A stretch of DNA of 64,000 bases. Source: Alphaproteobacteria bacterium. GTDB taxonomy: Bacteria; Pseudomonadota; Alphaproteobacteria; SHVV01. This document shows, piece after piece, positions 31,661 through 41,985 of the stretch (position 1 is its first letter; each line of letters opens with the position of its first letter). The position numbers and the translations under genes were made by a program. The DNA is taken from contig OZ253470.1 in NCBI GenBank assembly GCA_965261735.1, positions 992,001-1,056,000 of the forward strand. Direction: 5' to 3'. The notes below the pieces were generated by a model. It made no database searches and was not told the DNA's origin. It saw nothing but the letters and a program-made list of their open reading frames with translations.

Positions 31661-33214
31661 CTATTCCGCGGCCTGCGCCAGCGCGGATTCCAGGCCCTCG
31701 CCCTCGGGATCGCTTAGCGCGGCCTGGCGCGCCCGGGCGATGTTGCGGACGGCGTCAGCGGGGGCTCCGCCTTCAAGCGCGGGCTCGACGAGGGCCTCGA
31801 AGACGCGCAGTAAGTTGCCCACGCCGCGGCGCCGGGTGCCGCTGTAGCCCTTGATCATGCGCGCGCATTCGACGATCTCCAGTGCCAACGGCCGATCTGC
31901 CTCGGCGGCCCGGCGGATGGCCGCGAGCCAGCGCTCGATGAGCGCGTTCTCCTCGGCGAAGCCGAGGCTTAGTGGCCGCAGGAAGCGCAAGCGCGCCAGG
32001 CTCCACAGCAGCAGGAAGCCCCATAGCGCCGATGTCTTGATGTGCATACCGAGGTTGAGGCGGTGTTCGAGCCCGAGCCGGACGGCGGCGCGGCGCAGCG
32101 GCCGCGCGGCAAAGCGCGGCAGCACCGAGGTCCACTCGCCGATCCCGGGCTTCAAGAACTCCGTGATGGCCATGGGCTCGCCCGGCGCCGCGCCGACCTC
32201 CTCGCGAACGCGCCGCCAGCGTGCCGCGCGGGTCTTGAGGTCGGCGACCCGAATCACGTCCTCGTACGACATCCACAGCGCCAGGTAGCGCGCGGTCTCG
32301 CGGGTCAGCTCATGGTCGATCGCGGGGCCTGCGTCCCGCGAGTCGATCGCGGCAATGGCGTCGAGGCGGTCGAGGTAGCGCGCCGCGTAGGCCGCGCCCT
32401 GGTAGTCGACGAGCCGGGCCAAACCCTCGCGCACGATGGGCCAGGTGTCGGCCGACAGCGAGGCCTGCATGCGCTCGAGCAAGGCGAGTGGCGTTTTCGC
32501 GGCGTTGGGGCGCTTGAGGTCCTCGACCGCGGCGGGCGGGACGTCCGCGCTGGCGGCGCCGGCCTGGCCCGCCGCGAAAGCCGCGAGGTTCGCATCGGCG
32601 TCGGGCCCGAGCGCCCGAATGGCGTCCTCGAAGGCCGCCGCGGGCAGCGGCAGGAGGTCGAGTGCGGCGACGGCGCCGAGGGCCACGGCGCTGATCGAGC
32701 CCTCGGTTGTTTGAGCGGGCGCCCCCATGTCGAACAGGATCGCGCGGCCCGCCGCCTCGTAAGCCGTGGCGAGCAGGGCCTGACTGTCCTGGCGGCCGTC
32801 CGTCATCGCCGTCTTCTCGGCCAGGGTGAGGAAGCGGTGCGAGGAGGCGACGAGCGTGGTCCGTGCCGACACATGGCCTGCCTGCACCGCGCGCACCGCC
32901 TCTGCGAGCTCGAACGAGATGACCAGGTCGACGTCGCCGGTCCGGGGCGCGAGACGGAAGATGGGCCGGCGACCGCCGAGCTCCTTCTGTGGTGCGGGAT
33001 AGATTTCAATGTAGTGCGCGGTGATGCCCGTGCGCTGCGAGGTTCCGGGCGTGAGCGTGCTCTGTACCGGCAGGCCCTGGGCGCGCGCCGCCGCGACGAT
33101 CCAGTTGGACAGGAGCCGGCCGCCGCGGCTCGCCATGGGTTCGACGCCGCCGCCGCCCTGTCCTCCCATCACCGAGATCAGGACCGTGAGGGGTCGCTCG
33201 GGGAGGGCGCTCAC
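31661..33214 (-). CDS. iorB: Indolepyruvate:ferredoxin oxidoreductase beta-family subunit
   Basis: GGQGG, PGTSQRTG, LVDYQ, LALWMSYED, MIKGYSGT. Confidence 0.85.
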   Translation of the reverse strand: MSALPERPLTVLISVMGGQGGGGVEPMASRGGRLLSNWIVAAARAQGLPVQSTLTPGTSQRTGITAHYIEIYPAPQKELGGRRPIFRLAPRTGDVDLVISFELAEAVRAVQAGHVSARTTLVASSHRFLTLAEKTAMTDGRQDSQALLATAYEAAGRAILFDMGAPAQTTEGSISAVALGAVAALDLLPLPAAAFEDAIRALGPDADANLAAFAAGQAGAASADVPPAAVEDLKRPNAAKTPLALLERMQASLSADTWPIVREGLARLVDYQGAAYAARYLDRLDAIAAIDSRDAGPAIDHELTRETARYLALWMSYEDVIRVADLKTRAARWRRVREEVGAAPGEPMAITEFLKPGIGEWTSVLPRFAARPLRRAAVRLGLEHRLNLGMHIKTSALWGFLLLWSLARLRFLRPLSLGFAEENALIERWLAAIRRAAEADRPLALEIVECARMIKGYSGTRRRGVGNLLRVFEALVEPALEGGAPADAVRNIARARQAALSDPEGEGLESALAQAAE

Positions 33215-35352
33215 GGCGTTGCCGCGCCGGCGTCCATGCCGCGGTCGACCTGCAGCCACGCGATGAGGCGCTGCTGCACGCCAGCTGCCAGACGGTCCCA
33301 ACGGCCCGGATTCTGAACGATTTCGGCGCGGTAGAACGAGGGGCAGAGGACGGCGGCGTGCGAGACCTCGCCGCACAACCCACAGCCGACGCAGCCCTGG
33401 TTCACGTGCGCCACCGGGTCTTTCTTCAGCGGGTCCGGATTCGCCTTGACCGTCAGCGAGGGACACCCCGACAGCCGGATGCAGGAATGGTCGCCGGTGC
33501 AAACGTCGTCGTCGATGCCGAACCGGGTGCGCACGGTACGCTCGCCGGCGGCGACGCGTTCGCGCACCTCGGCGTGGGTGCGCTGTTGCTTGGCGAGCTG
33601 GCATTCGCCCTCGGCGACGATGACCTTGAGGCCGCCCTGCGCCGTCGCCATCGCCTCGCGCAGCGCGCGCATGACCTTGGCGACGCCGTAGGAGCGCAGG
33701 TTCCTGATCCAGGTGACGCCGACCGAGCGCAGCGCCGCCTCGATGTCCATCCGGGGCGCCTTGCCGTTCGCGCTCGAGGGGATTTGCTGGCCGCCCGTGG
33801 ACGCCGTGTAGCCGTTGTCGAACACCAGCAGAACTGAATCGTCCTCGTTGTAGACGGCGTTGGCGACGCCCGTGAGCAGGCCGTTGTGCCAGAACCCACC
33901 GTCACCCATGATGCTCACGACCCGCTTGCCAAAGGCGTGGCCCACGGCGCTCGAACTCGCCAGGCCGAGTCCGTAGCCGAGGATCGTGTTACCCATATTG
34001 AACGGCGCCATGGTGGCAAACCCATGACAGCCGATATCGGCCGAGACGTGCACCGGTCCGAACTCATGCTCGGCCAGCTTGAAGGCGCTGAACACCGGGC
34101 GCTCGGGGCAGCCGGTGCAGAAGGTCGATTCGCGGGCCGGCGGCTGCACGTCGATCGACTTGGCCGCGCCTTCCATGTCCGACGCGAGCGCCGCCATGCG
34201 CGCGGCGACGGCCGCGGCGTCGAGCCCGGCGGGTACGCTGCCTTCGATGAAAGCGGCCAACCCCTTGAGCACCACGGCCTCGGTGTATTGACCGAAGCGC
34301 GGCAGGATGTCCTTGCCGATCACTGTGGTCGCGATGTCGGCCTTGCGTAGGATCGAGTCGATGGCCTGCTCGAGGTAGTTGGGGTGGCTCTCCTCGAGCA
34401 CCAGCACGGCCCGCTTGCCGCGGCAGAACTCCTCGATCTGGTCGGGGACCAGTGGGTAGGTCACATTGAGCGCGAGGATGGGGATGTCGGCCTCGCCGAA
34501 AATAGTGGCGAGGCCGAGTTCGCGCAGTCCGGCCGCGACCGAGTTGTACAGGGCGCCGACCGCGATGATGCCGACGTCGTCGAAGCGGCCGTCGAAATGC
34601 TCGTTGAGGCCGTGCTCGCGGATGAAGGCCCGCGCCGCAGGTAGCCGATGCTCAACCTTATGGCGTTCGTGATCGTAGGTCGCCGGTGGCAGCACGAGGC
34701 GGGCCGGGTCGTTGCCGCGGCGCTCGATGAGCTCCCTGGGCACATCGACGCGCCTGTTGTCCTTGCAAACGAATTCGCCGGTGGCGTGCGTGCCGCGCAG
34801 CCGCATCTCCAGCATCACTGGCGCATTGCTCGCCTCCGACAGCTCGAAGGCCTTCTCGACCATGTCGACGTAGATGGCCACCTCGGGCCGGGGCTCGAGC
34901 AGCCACATCGTCGACTTCATGGCCGAGGCGATCGTGCGCTCCTGGCCGGTGTTGCCCTTTTCGCCGTAGTCGCCGCCGATGAGGATCAGCGCGCCGCCCG
35001 TGACGCCGGTCGAGGCGAGGTTCGCGAGCGCGTCGGTGGCCACGGCCGAGCCCGCCGTCGCCTTGTAGATAACGGCGCCGCGCAGGGGGAAGTTGATCGA
35101 CGCGCCGAGCATGGCGGCGGCCGCGCCCTCGCTGGAGTTGGCCTGGAAATGGACGCCGAGCTCGGCCCGCAGGTCCTCCGTCGCCGCCACCGTGTCCATC
35201 AGGTTGGCGGCGGGCGAGCCCTGGTAGCCGCCGACGTAGGCGACCCCCGACTGGAACAGCGCCTTGGTTACGCCGAGCGCCGCCTCGCCGAAAAATACCT
35301 CGCCCGCGCCGAGCCTGAGCTGGGCGAGCTCCTGATCGTTGTACCAAGGCAT
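33211..35352 (-). CDS. iorA: Indolepyruvate:ferredoxin oxidoreductase alpha subunit
   Basis: GYQGSP, FCTGCPERP, DIGCH, GDGGFWHNG, CVGCGLC. Confidence 0.88.
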   Translation of the reverse strand: MPWYNDQELAQLRLGAGEVFFGEAALGVTKALFQSGVAYVGGYQGSPAANLMDTVAATEDLRAELGVHFQANSSEGAAAAMLGASINFPLRGAVIYKATAGSAVATDALANLASTGVTGGALILIGGDYGEKGNTGQERTIASAMKSTMWLLEPRPEVAIYVDMVEKAFELSEASNAPVMLEMRLRGTHATGEFVCKDNRRVDVPRELIERRGNDPARLVLPPATYDHERHKVEHRLPAARAFIREHGLNEHFDGRFDDVGIIAVGALYNSVAAGLRELGLATIFGEADIPILALNVTYPLVPDQIEEFCRGKRAVLVLEESHPNYLEQAIDSILRKADIATTVIGKDILPRFGQYTEAVVLKGLAAFIEGSVPAGLDAAAVAARMAALASDMEGAAKSIDVQPPARESTFCTGCPERPVFSAFKLAEHEFGPVHVSADIGCHGFATMAPFNMGNTILGYGLGLASSSAVGHAFGKRVVSIMGDGGFWHNGLLTGVANAVYNEDDSVLLVFDNGYTASTGGQQIPSSANGKAPRMDIEAALRSVGVTWIRNLRSYGVAKVMRALREAMATAQGGLKVIVAEGECQLAKQQRTHAEVRERVAAGERTVRTRFGIDDDVCTGDHSCIRLSGCPSLTVKANPDPLKKDPVAHVNQGCVGCGLCGEVSHAAVLCPSFYRAEIVQNPGRWDRLAAGVQQRLIAWLQVDRGMDAGAATP

Positions 35353-35476
35353 GACAGTGACCTCGCGTGGCGCACCGGGTTCGGCATGCGCCGCCGACAA
35401 AGTATAGACCCGAGCTATGCCTCGGCGAAGGACTTCGCCGTCGCGTCGCCCCTCGGGGCCTATCGGAGATGAGCGA

Positions 35477-36472
35477 TCAAGGCGCCCTTGCCGCGTCGAG
35501 GATCGCCTTGGCGTTGTCGCCCTGGATCCTGTCCCGGTCGTCCGTGCCGAGCGAGTTGATGTAGGGCATCGCCAGCTCGCCCTCGGCGTCGCCGATCTCG
35601 AACGGGTAGTCCGTGCCAAACATCATGCGCTCGGTGCCCATCAGCTCGGCGAGGAAGGCGAGCTGCTCGCGGCCGAACACGCAGGTATCGACCGAGAGGC
35701 GCTTGATGTAAGCGGACGGCGGCTCGCTGATGTGGACGTAGAGCGCGGGGTTGTGTTCGTAGACGCGCGCATCGTAGGCGCGGTCGAGGCGCGCCGCCAG
35801 ATAGGGCAGCGTGCCGCCGCCGTGGGCGAGGCACAAATTGAGGCCCGGATGGCGCTCGAACACGCCGGCGAAGATCATGCGCGAGACCGTGATGCAGGTC
35901 TCGGTCGGGTAGAGGATGACGGTGGCGAGGCTGTAGTCGGCGTAGCGCTCGTAGGTGCGGTCGCGGGCCGGGTGCATGTAGAGGAACAGGCCGAACTCCT
36001 CGGCCACGCCCCAAAGATCCTCGAACACGGGATCGTCGAGCCCGAGCGCACCGGCGGCGATGCCGAGATGGGCGCCCTTGAAGCCGTGCTCGCCAATGGC
36101 GCCGCGCAGGTCCTCGGCCGCTTTGTCGGGCTCGCCGAACGCGATGGTCGCCATGCCGGCGAGCCGGCCCCCGGCGGCGGCCTCGGCGCGCGCGGTTTCG
36201 ACGTTGATGTGCCGTGCCTGCTCGGAGTCGGGCGCGCCGCCCGGCCAGTTGAGGAGCGTGTTCAGCGTGCCGACGAGCTGCAGGTCGACGCCGCGTGCTT
36301 CGAGGCTCGCGAGTCGCACCTCGAGGTCCCACAAGCCGGGATGGATGGCGTGGCCCATCAGGGTGTAGCCGCCCTTGCCGTCCTTCTCGACCTTCAGGCC
36401 GTAGCCGGAATGCGCTGCCAAGTGATCGAGCAGTTCTGGCGTGCACACGTGAGAATGTACGTCGATGATCAT
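35477..36472 (-). CDS. Amidohydrolase_2 family (ACMSD-like) decarboxylase/hydrolase
   Basis: IDVHSH, YMHP, AHGGG, FGTDYPF. Confidence 0.85.
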   Translation of the reverse strand: MIIDVHSHVCTPELLDHLAAHSGYGLKVEKDGKGGYTLMGHAIHPGLWDLEVRLASLEARGVDLQLVGTLNTLLNWPGGAPDSEQARHINVETARAEAAAGGRLAGMATIAFGEPDKAAEDLRGAIGEHGFKGAHLGIAAGALGLDDPVFEDLWGVAEEFGLFLYMHPARDRTYERYADYSLATVILYPTETCITVSRMIFAGVFERHPGLNLCLAHGGGTLPYLAARLDRAYDARVYEHNPALYVHISEPPSAYIKRLSVDTCVFGREQLAFLAELMGTERMMFGTDYPFEIGDAEGELAMPYINSLGTDDRDRIQGDNAKAILDAARAP

Positions 36473-36604
36473 GCTGCCCCTCGTTCCCATTGATTGCGGC
36501 CCGCTTGCCTGCCGGCGGCGGGGCACTTGCGCCACATTACAATAACGCGCGCCGCGCGCACGGGAGTATGTGTCTCCGAGACAGGGGAGACCCGGAGGAC
36601 GAAA

Positions 36605-37759
36605 ATGCACATCGGCATACTGACGGGAGGGGGCGATGTCCCCGGCCTCAACGCCTGCATCAAGGCCGTGGTCGACCGCGCCAAGGCCCTGGGCTGGAAG
36701 GTGACGGGCTTTCGCCGCGGCTGGGCCGGCATTCTCAACTACGACCCCAGCAATACGAAACCACAGCCCCGCTGGGTCGAGACGCTGACGCGGGCGAGCG
36801 TGCGCACGATCGACCGCGCCGGGGGCACCTACCTGCATACCTCGCGCGTGCACCCCGCGCACATGCCGACGGCCGATCTTCCACCGTCAATCAGGGCGGG
36901 CGAGACGACCGCGTCCGGCGCTGCCACCGTCGACTGTACCGCCCACGTCTTGAGGGTACTGGAGAAGCTCGGCATCGACGCGCTGATGCCCATCGGTGGC
37001 GACGGCACCCTGTCCTACGCCGCCCGCCTCGCCCAGGAAGGCGTGCCTGTGGTGTCGATCCCGAAGACGATGGACAACGATGTCTACGGCACCGATTACT
37101 GCATCGGCTTCTCGACCGCGGTCACCCGCAGCGTGATCTCCATCGACGCCCTGCGGACGACGACCGGCAGCCACGAGCGCATCGCGGTCGTCGAGCTGTT
37201 CGGCCGGCGCAGCGGTGAGACGGCCCTGTTCGCAGGCTACCTCGGCAACGTATCGCGCACGATCATCAGCGAGGTCCCGTTCGATATGGAGCGCCTTGCC
37301 GCGTACCTGCGTGCGGACCGCCGGCGCAATCCGAGCGGCTACGCGATGGTCGTGGTCTCCGAAGGCGCATACCCCCTCGGCGGGAAGGCCCTGGAGCGCG
37401 GCGAGGACGAGGTCGGGCGGGCCCGCCTCGGCGGCATCGGCCCCTATATCAGCGCGCAACTCCAGGCGCTCACCGGTATCGGCACTATCAGTCAGCAGAT
37501 CGCCTATCTGATGCGCGCGGGCGCGCCGGACTCGCTGGACCGTATGGTGTCGATCTCGTGCGGCAACCTTGCGGTGGAGCAAATCGAGCGGGGCCATACC
37601 GGCTGCATGATCGCGTTGCGCAACGGGGTCTACACCACGGTGCCGGCGGACCTCTGTATCGAGCGGGTCAAGCAGGTCGATGTCGAGGCCCTTTACGACC
37701 GCGAGGAATACCGCCCGCGCGTTCAGCAGATGTTGGGCAAGCCGATGTTTCTCTATTGA
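36605..37759 (+). CDS. pfkA: 6-phosphofructokinase
   Basis: GILTGGGDVPGLN, IGGDGT, PKTMDND, ELFGR. Confidence 0.9.
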   Translation: MHIGILTGGGDVPGLNACIKAVVDRAKALGWKVTGFRRGWAGILNYDPSNTKPQPRWVETLTRASVRTIDRAGGTYLHTSRVHPAHMPTADLPPSIRAGETTASGAATVDCTAHVLRVLEKLGIDALMPIGGDGTLSYAARLAQEGVPVVSIPKTMDNDVYGTDYCIGFSTAVTRSVISIDALRTTTGSHERIAVVELFGRRSGETALFAGYLGNVSRTIISEVPFDMERLAAYLRADRRRNPSGYAMVVVSEGAYPLGGKALERGEDEVGRARLGGIGPYISAQLQALTGIGTISQQIAYLMRAGAPDSLDRMVSISCGNLAVEQIERGHTGCMIALRNGVYTTVPADLCIERVKQVDVEALYDREEYRPRVQQMLGKPMFLY

Positions 37760-39164
37760 CGGCGCGGAGCGCCGGTGGCGGCAGCGCAAACGGGGCGACC
37801 GCTTCGTAGGCGCGGCTCGCCCGGAGCACCAGGTCCTCCGCATAACGCGGGCCGACGATCTGCATGGCCGCGGGAAGCCCCTCGTCGGTCAAGCCCACGG
37901 GCACGCTGGCCGCCGGCTGCTGCGTCAGGTTGAAGGGGTAGGTGAACGGGCTCCAGGCGAGCCACCGGCGGTCGTCGGCGGGGCCGCGAAGTCCACGCCG
38001 ACAGCAAACGCGGTCCATGGCAGCTGCGGCGAGACGAGAAGATCAAAGGGCTGATGGAGGCGGCTCATGCGCTGGCCGAGCGCGGCCCGTACGGACTCCG
38101 CCTGCACCAATTGACCCACTTGCACGGTGCGCCCATATGCGATCACGCGAGCGAGGCCAGGGTCGAGAAGTTCCTGCTGGGCGCCGGGAAGGGCACCCAA
38201 CTGCGCCGCCAAGAGAGCCGCTAAGGGGTCGTGCCAAGCCTCCGCCGGATCGTCGAATCCCGGATCGGCCTCTTCGACGTGCGCACCGAGGTCGGCCAGA
38301 ACACCCACCGCCCGCGCTACCAATCGCGCGACCTGCGCATCGACGGCGACGCCGCCGAAAGCGGGGCTGTAAGCGATGCGGACCCCGGCGATGCCCGCGT
38401 CGATCCCGATCCGGTCGTCGCGCGCCTGATAGGGCATGGCCCACCAGTCGCGCGCGTCCGGCTCGGCCATGACGGTGAGCATCAGCGCCGCGTCGGTGAC
38501 GGCGCGCGTGAGCGGGCCGAGGGCACCCGGCTTTCCTGGCGCGCTCTGCGGATGGAAGGGAATGCGCATCGAATCGGGCTTGAGGCCATAGGTGCTGCAC
38601 AGGGCGGCGGGAATGCGGACCGAGCCGCCGCCGTCGCCGCCGAGGTGGAGGACCCCCATGCCGGCGGCGGCCGCCGCGCCGGCGCCGGCGCTCGATCCGC
38701 CCGGGGTGAGGTCGGTGTTCCACGGGTTGCGGGTCGTGCCGCGCAGGGGGCTGTCGGTCACGCCCTGCCAGCTGAACTCGGGCGCGCAGGTCTGGCCGAT
38801 GAGTACTGCGCCGTGCTCGCGTAGCCGGGCCACCGCGGGTGCATCCTCTCCCCAGGGTCCCTCCGGCGCGATCGTCTTCGATCCTCGCAGGGTCGGCCAG
38901 CCGCGGGCGAGAACGGCGTCCTTCACCGTGGTCGGCACGCCCTCGATCAGGGCCCCGCGGCGCACCCTTGTGCCACAGAGCCTCGGACTCGCGCGCGGCC
39001 GCCAGCGCCGCCTCCCGATCCACGAGCGAGAAGGCGTTGAGCGCGGGATCGAGCGCATCGATGCGATCCAGTGCGGCGCCCACGACCTCGACGGGAGACA
39101 GCGTGCCCGCCCGGTAGTGGTCGAGCAGCGCGGTCGCGCTCATGAGAGCAGGGTCGTCGCTCAT
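37753..39164 (-). pseudogene. Amidase-signature enzyme with at least two frameshifts (about 38955 and 37985); 3' end uncertain
   Basis: Pieces in three frames; PGGSSAG, GGDGGGSVRIPA, FTYPFNLT; paralogue of 49831-51270. Confidence 0.8.
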
Positions 39165-39187
39165 GGGCCTTGCAATCCAGTGCCTGG

Positions 39188-40936
39188 TTACGCCGTGGCT
39201 CGCTCGGCCCGGTCGTCTGCGATCAGCACGTCGATAACGTAGCAGCCGCCCTGGCGCAGCGCCGCAAAGCCTCGCGCGATGGCGGCATCGAGCTCGCCAT
39301 GTTCGGCGATCGGGCCCTCGGCCGCCGCGCCCTGCGCCCTTGCCAAGGCGGCAATGTCGACGGCCGGATCCTCCAAGCGCAGGCCGATCCACTTGTTCTC
39401 GACCGGGCGATTGCGCCGCAACGCCATCGACGCCTGGTGGCGCTCGTCGTTCATATAGGTGCGATTGTTGGCGACGATGACGAGCAGCGGCAGGCGGTAA
39501 TGCGCGGCCGTCCACAGCGCCGTGGCCCCCATCAGGAAATCGCCGTCACCGAGGATCGTGACCGGGAACCGCCCTGTGCCCGTTAGAGCCAGCGCCGCGC
39601 CCACCGCCAACCCTGGCCCCGAGCCGATGCCGGCGCCGCCGTCGCGGCCGAGGTAGTCGAGGGGGTGCTCGAAGCGGCACAGCTCGGCCGGCCACTCGCC
39701 TGGGAATTGCACGAGGCTGATGGGGTCTTGCCCGCGTGCGCGCTCGAGCGCGCCGGCGATATCGGCCAGGGTCGGCGCGCCGCTCGCGGCCGCCGGCTCG
39801 GCCGTCGGGCTACGCGGCGCGGCCCGGCGGGTGGGCGCTTGCCTCGCCGGGCCAAGGCGTTCGAGCAGGCCGGCGACGGCTTGGTCGGGGGTCGTGAGGA
39901 GCAGATGATCCGCCGGCACGGCGGCCATATGGTCCATGCTCCAGGCGCGGTGGCTGTAGTTGTCGAGCGAGCAATGAATGAGGGTCGCGGCGGGGCGCTC
40001 CTCGCCCAAGGCGGCGGCCAAGGTGCCGCCGAGGTCGAGCCAGTCGAGGCTGAGAATGACGTCGGCTGCGCGCACCATTTCGGCCGCGGGCTCGCTGAGC
40101 ATGAAGCCGGGCGGCTCGGCGTGGAGCCTGTGGGTGGTGGGAAAGGCGGCGCCCACCTTGAGGTCCGTCAGCACCGGCGCGTCCAAGCGCTCGGCGAGTG
40201 CGACCCGGCGCTCCCAATCGGCGGCCGCACGCGAAACCCGGCCTGCGAGGATGAGCGGCTGCTGAGCCGCCGCCAGCGCTGCGGCCGTGCCGTCGAGGGC
40301 GGACCGATCGGGAGCCGGCGGGGCCGGCGGCGCGTGGCGCTCGGGCTCGGGAAAGCGCGGGGCCGCATCGAGCGCCTGTTCCTGAAGGGTGACGTCGAGG
40401 CACACGTAGACCGGGCCGAACGGCGGCGTCCGCGCGATCTGGTGGGCGCGCGCGAGTGAGGCGAGCGCGGCCGCGACCGAAGCCGGCTGGTCGTCCCACT
40501 TGGTGAAGTCGCGGATCAGCGCACCCTGGTCCTTGGCGGTGTGAACCCAATCGATCCACGGCCGCCTGAGCGCCGCATCGACCGGTCCGGTGGCGCCGAG
40601 TAGGACCAGCGGCACGCGATCGCACCACGCGTTGAAGACCCCCATCGACGCGTGCATGAGGCCGACGTTGGCGTGCACGACCGCCGCCATCGGCCGCTCC
40701 GTCACTTTGGCGTAGCCATGGGCGATCGCGACCGCATGCTCCTCGTGCAGCGCCAGAACCAGCGCGGGCCGCTCGTTGCCGAGGAAGTTGACGATGCTGT
40801 CGTGGAGGCCGCGGAAGCTCGCGCCGGGATTGAGGCTCGCGAACGCCAGGTCGAGCCGGCGCAGCATCTCGGCGATCGCATCGCTGCCCCAGCCCATCAC
40901 CGGCTGGCCCGCCGGCCGTGGGCGGTCGGCTTTCAT
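39188..40936 (-). CDS. Thiamine pyrophosphate-dependent enzyme (decarboxylase/acetolactate synthase-like)
   Basis: LNPGASFRGLHDS, HEEHAV, GDGDFLM...NN. Confidence 0.88.
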   Translation of the reverse strand: MKADRPRPAGQPVMGWGSDAIAEMLRRLDLAFASLNPGASFRGLHDSIVNFLGNERPALVLALHEEHAVAIAHGYAKVTERPMAAVVHANVGLMHASMGVFNAWCDRVPLVLLGATGPVDAALRRPWIDWVHTAKDQGALIRDFTKWDDQPASVAAALASLARAHQIARTPPFGPVYVCLDVTLQEQALDAAPRFPEPERHAPPAPPAPDRSALDGTAAALAAAQQPLILAGRVSRAAADWERRVALAERLDAPVLTDLKVGAAFPTTHRLHAEPPGFMLSEPAAEMVRAADVILSLDWLDLGGTLAAALGEERPAATLIHCSLDNYSHRAWSMDHMAAVPADHLLLTTPDQAVAGLLERLGPARQAPTRRAAPRSPTAEPAAASGAPTLADIAGALERARGQDPISLVQFPGEWPAELCRFEHPLDYLGRDGGAGIGSGPGLAVGAALALTGTGRFPVTILGDGDFLMGATALWTAAHYRLPLLVIVANNRTYMNDERHQASMALRRNRPVENKWIGLRLEDPAVDIAALARAQGAAAEGPIAEHGELDAAIARGFAALRQGGCYVIDVLIADDRAERATA

Positions 40937-41090
40937 ATCGGGCTACGCGCGATGGCCGTCATGGTGTGTCCGTGGCCGAGTATAGGGGATTGGCCGGGAG
41001 AGGTGCGAAACGGTGCACGCATCGGCCAGTGTTCCCTCAGCCTGGCAATTGGGGCTATTCTGATGCGAACGAGCGCAAGGGGAGGGGACC

Positions 41091-41951
41091 ATGAACGATG
41101 CCGTTTACCGCGAGTACGGCCGCGACGAGATGGAGGCGCAGTTCAACCCGCGCACCATCATTCCCGATATCGACGGGCTGCTGGCGGCGAGAAACGGGGC
41201 TAGCGCGGAGGCTCGCGCGCGGCTCGAGCACCACGCCGACGTGGCTTACGGCGCCAGCCCGCGCGAGGCGGTCGACATCTTCCCGGCCGCCGCGTCCGGC
41301 GCGCCGGTTCAGATCTACATCCACGGCGGCTACTGGCGGGCGGTATCGAAGGCGGACGTGAGCCTGCTCGCCGAGCCGCTCGTCGCCGCCGGCGTGACCG
41401 CAGTGATGCTGGATTACGAACTGTGCCCGAACGTCACCCTGAGCGAGATCGTGCGCCAGACGCGCGCCGGCATCGCCTGGTGTTACCGGCGCATCGCCGA
41501 CTACGGCGGCGATCCGGAGCGCATCCATATCTCCGGGTCGTCCGCTGGCGGCCACCTGGTAGCGATGGCGATGGCCCACGACTGGCGGGCCGACGGGCTG
41601 CCAGCCGATATCATCAAAGGGGCAACGGCGATCACCGGGGTTTACGATACCGAGCCGGTGCTGCACATCCAAGCCAACGAGGAAATCCGGCTCACGCCCG
41701 AGCTCGCCCGCGCGAACAGCGCGATGCTGCACCCGCCGCTGGTGGAGGCGCCGGTGATCGTCGCCGTCGGTGCGCTCGAATCGGAGGGTTGGCGGCGCAT
41801 GTCGGCCGACTACTATGAGCTGTGCCGCAGCCGGGGTTTGCCGAGCCGCTATCTCGAGGTCGACGGGACGCACCATTTCTCGGTGACCGAGACTCTGCTC
41901 GATCCGAATAGCGAACTATCGCGCGCGGTCGCCGAACAAATGGGGCTGTGA
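41091..41951 (+). CDS. Alpha/beta hydrolase, arylformamidase-like
   Basis: HGGYW oxyanion motif, GSSAGGHL, HHF. Confidence 0.85.
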   Translation: MNDAVYREYGRDEMEAQFNPRTIIPDIDGLLAARNGASAEARARLEHHADVAYGASPREAVDIFPAAASGAPVQIYIHGGYWRAVSKADVSLLAEPLVAAGVTAVMLDYELCPNVTLSEIVRQTRAGIAWCYRRIADYGGDPERIHISGSSAGGHLVAMAMAHDWRADGLPADIIKGATAITGVYDTEPVLHIQANEEIRLTPELARANSAMLHPPLVEAPVIVAVGALESEGWRRMSADYYELCRSRGLPSRYLEVDGTHHFSVTETLLDPNSELSRAVAEQMGL

Positions 41952-41985
41952 GGCCGCAATCGGCGCTCGCCCACGAGGAGGAGCA

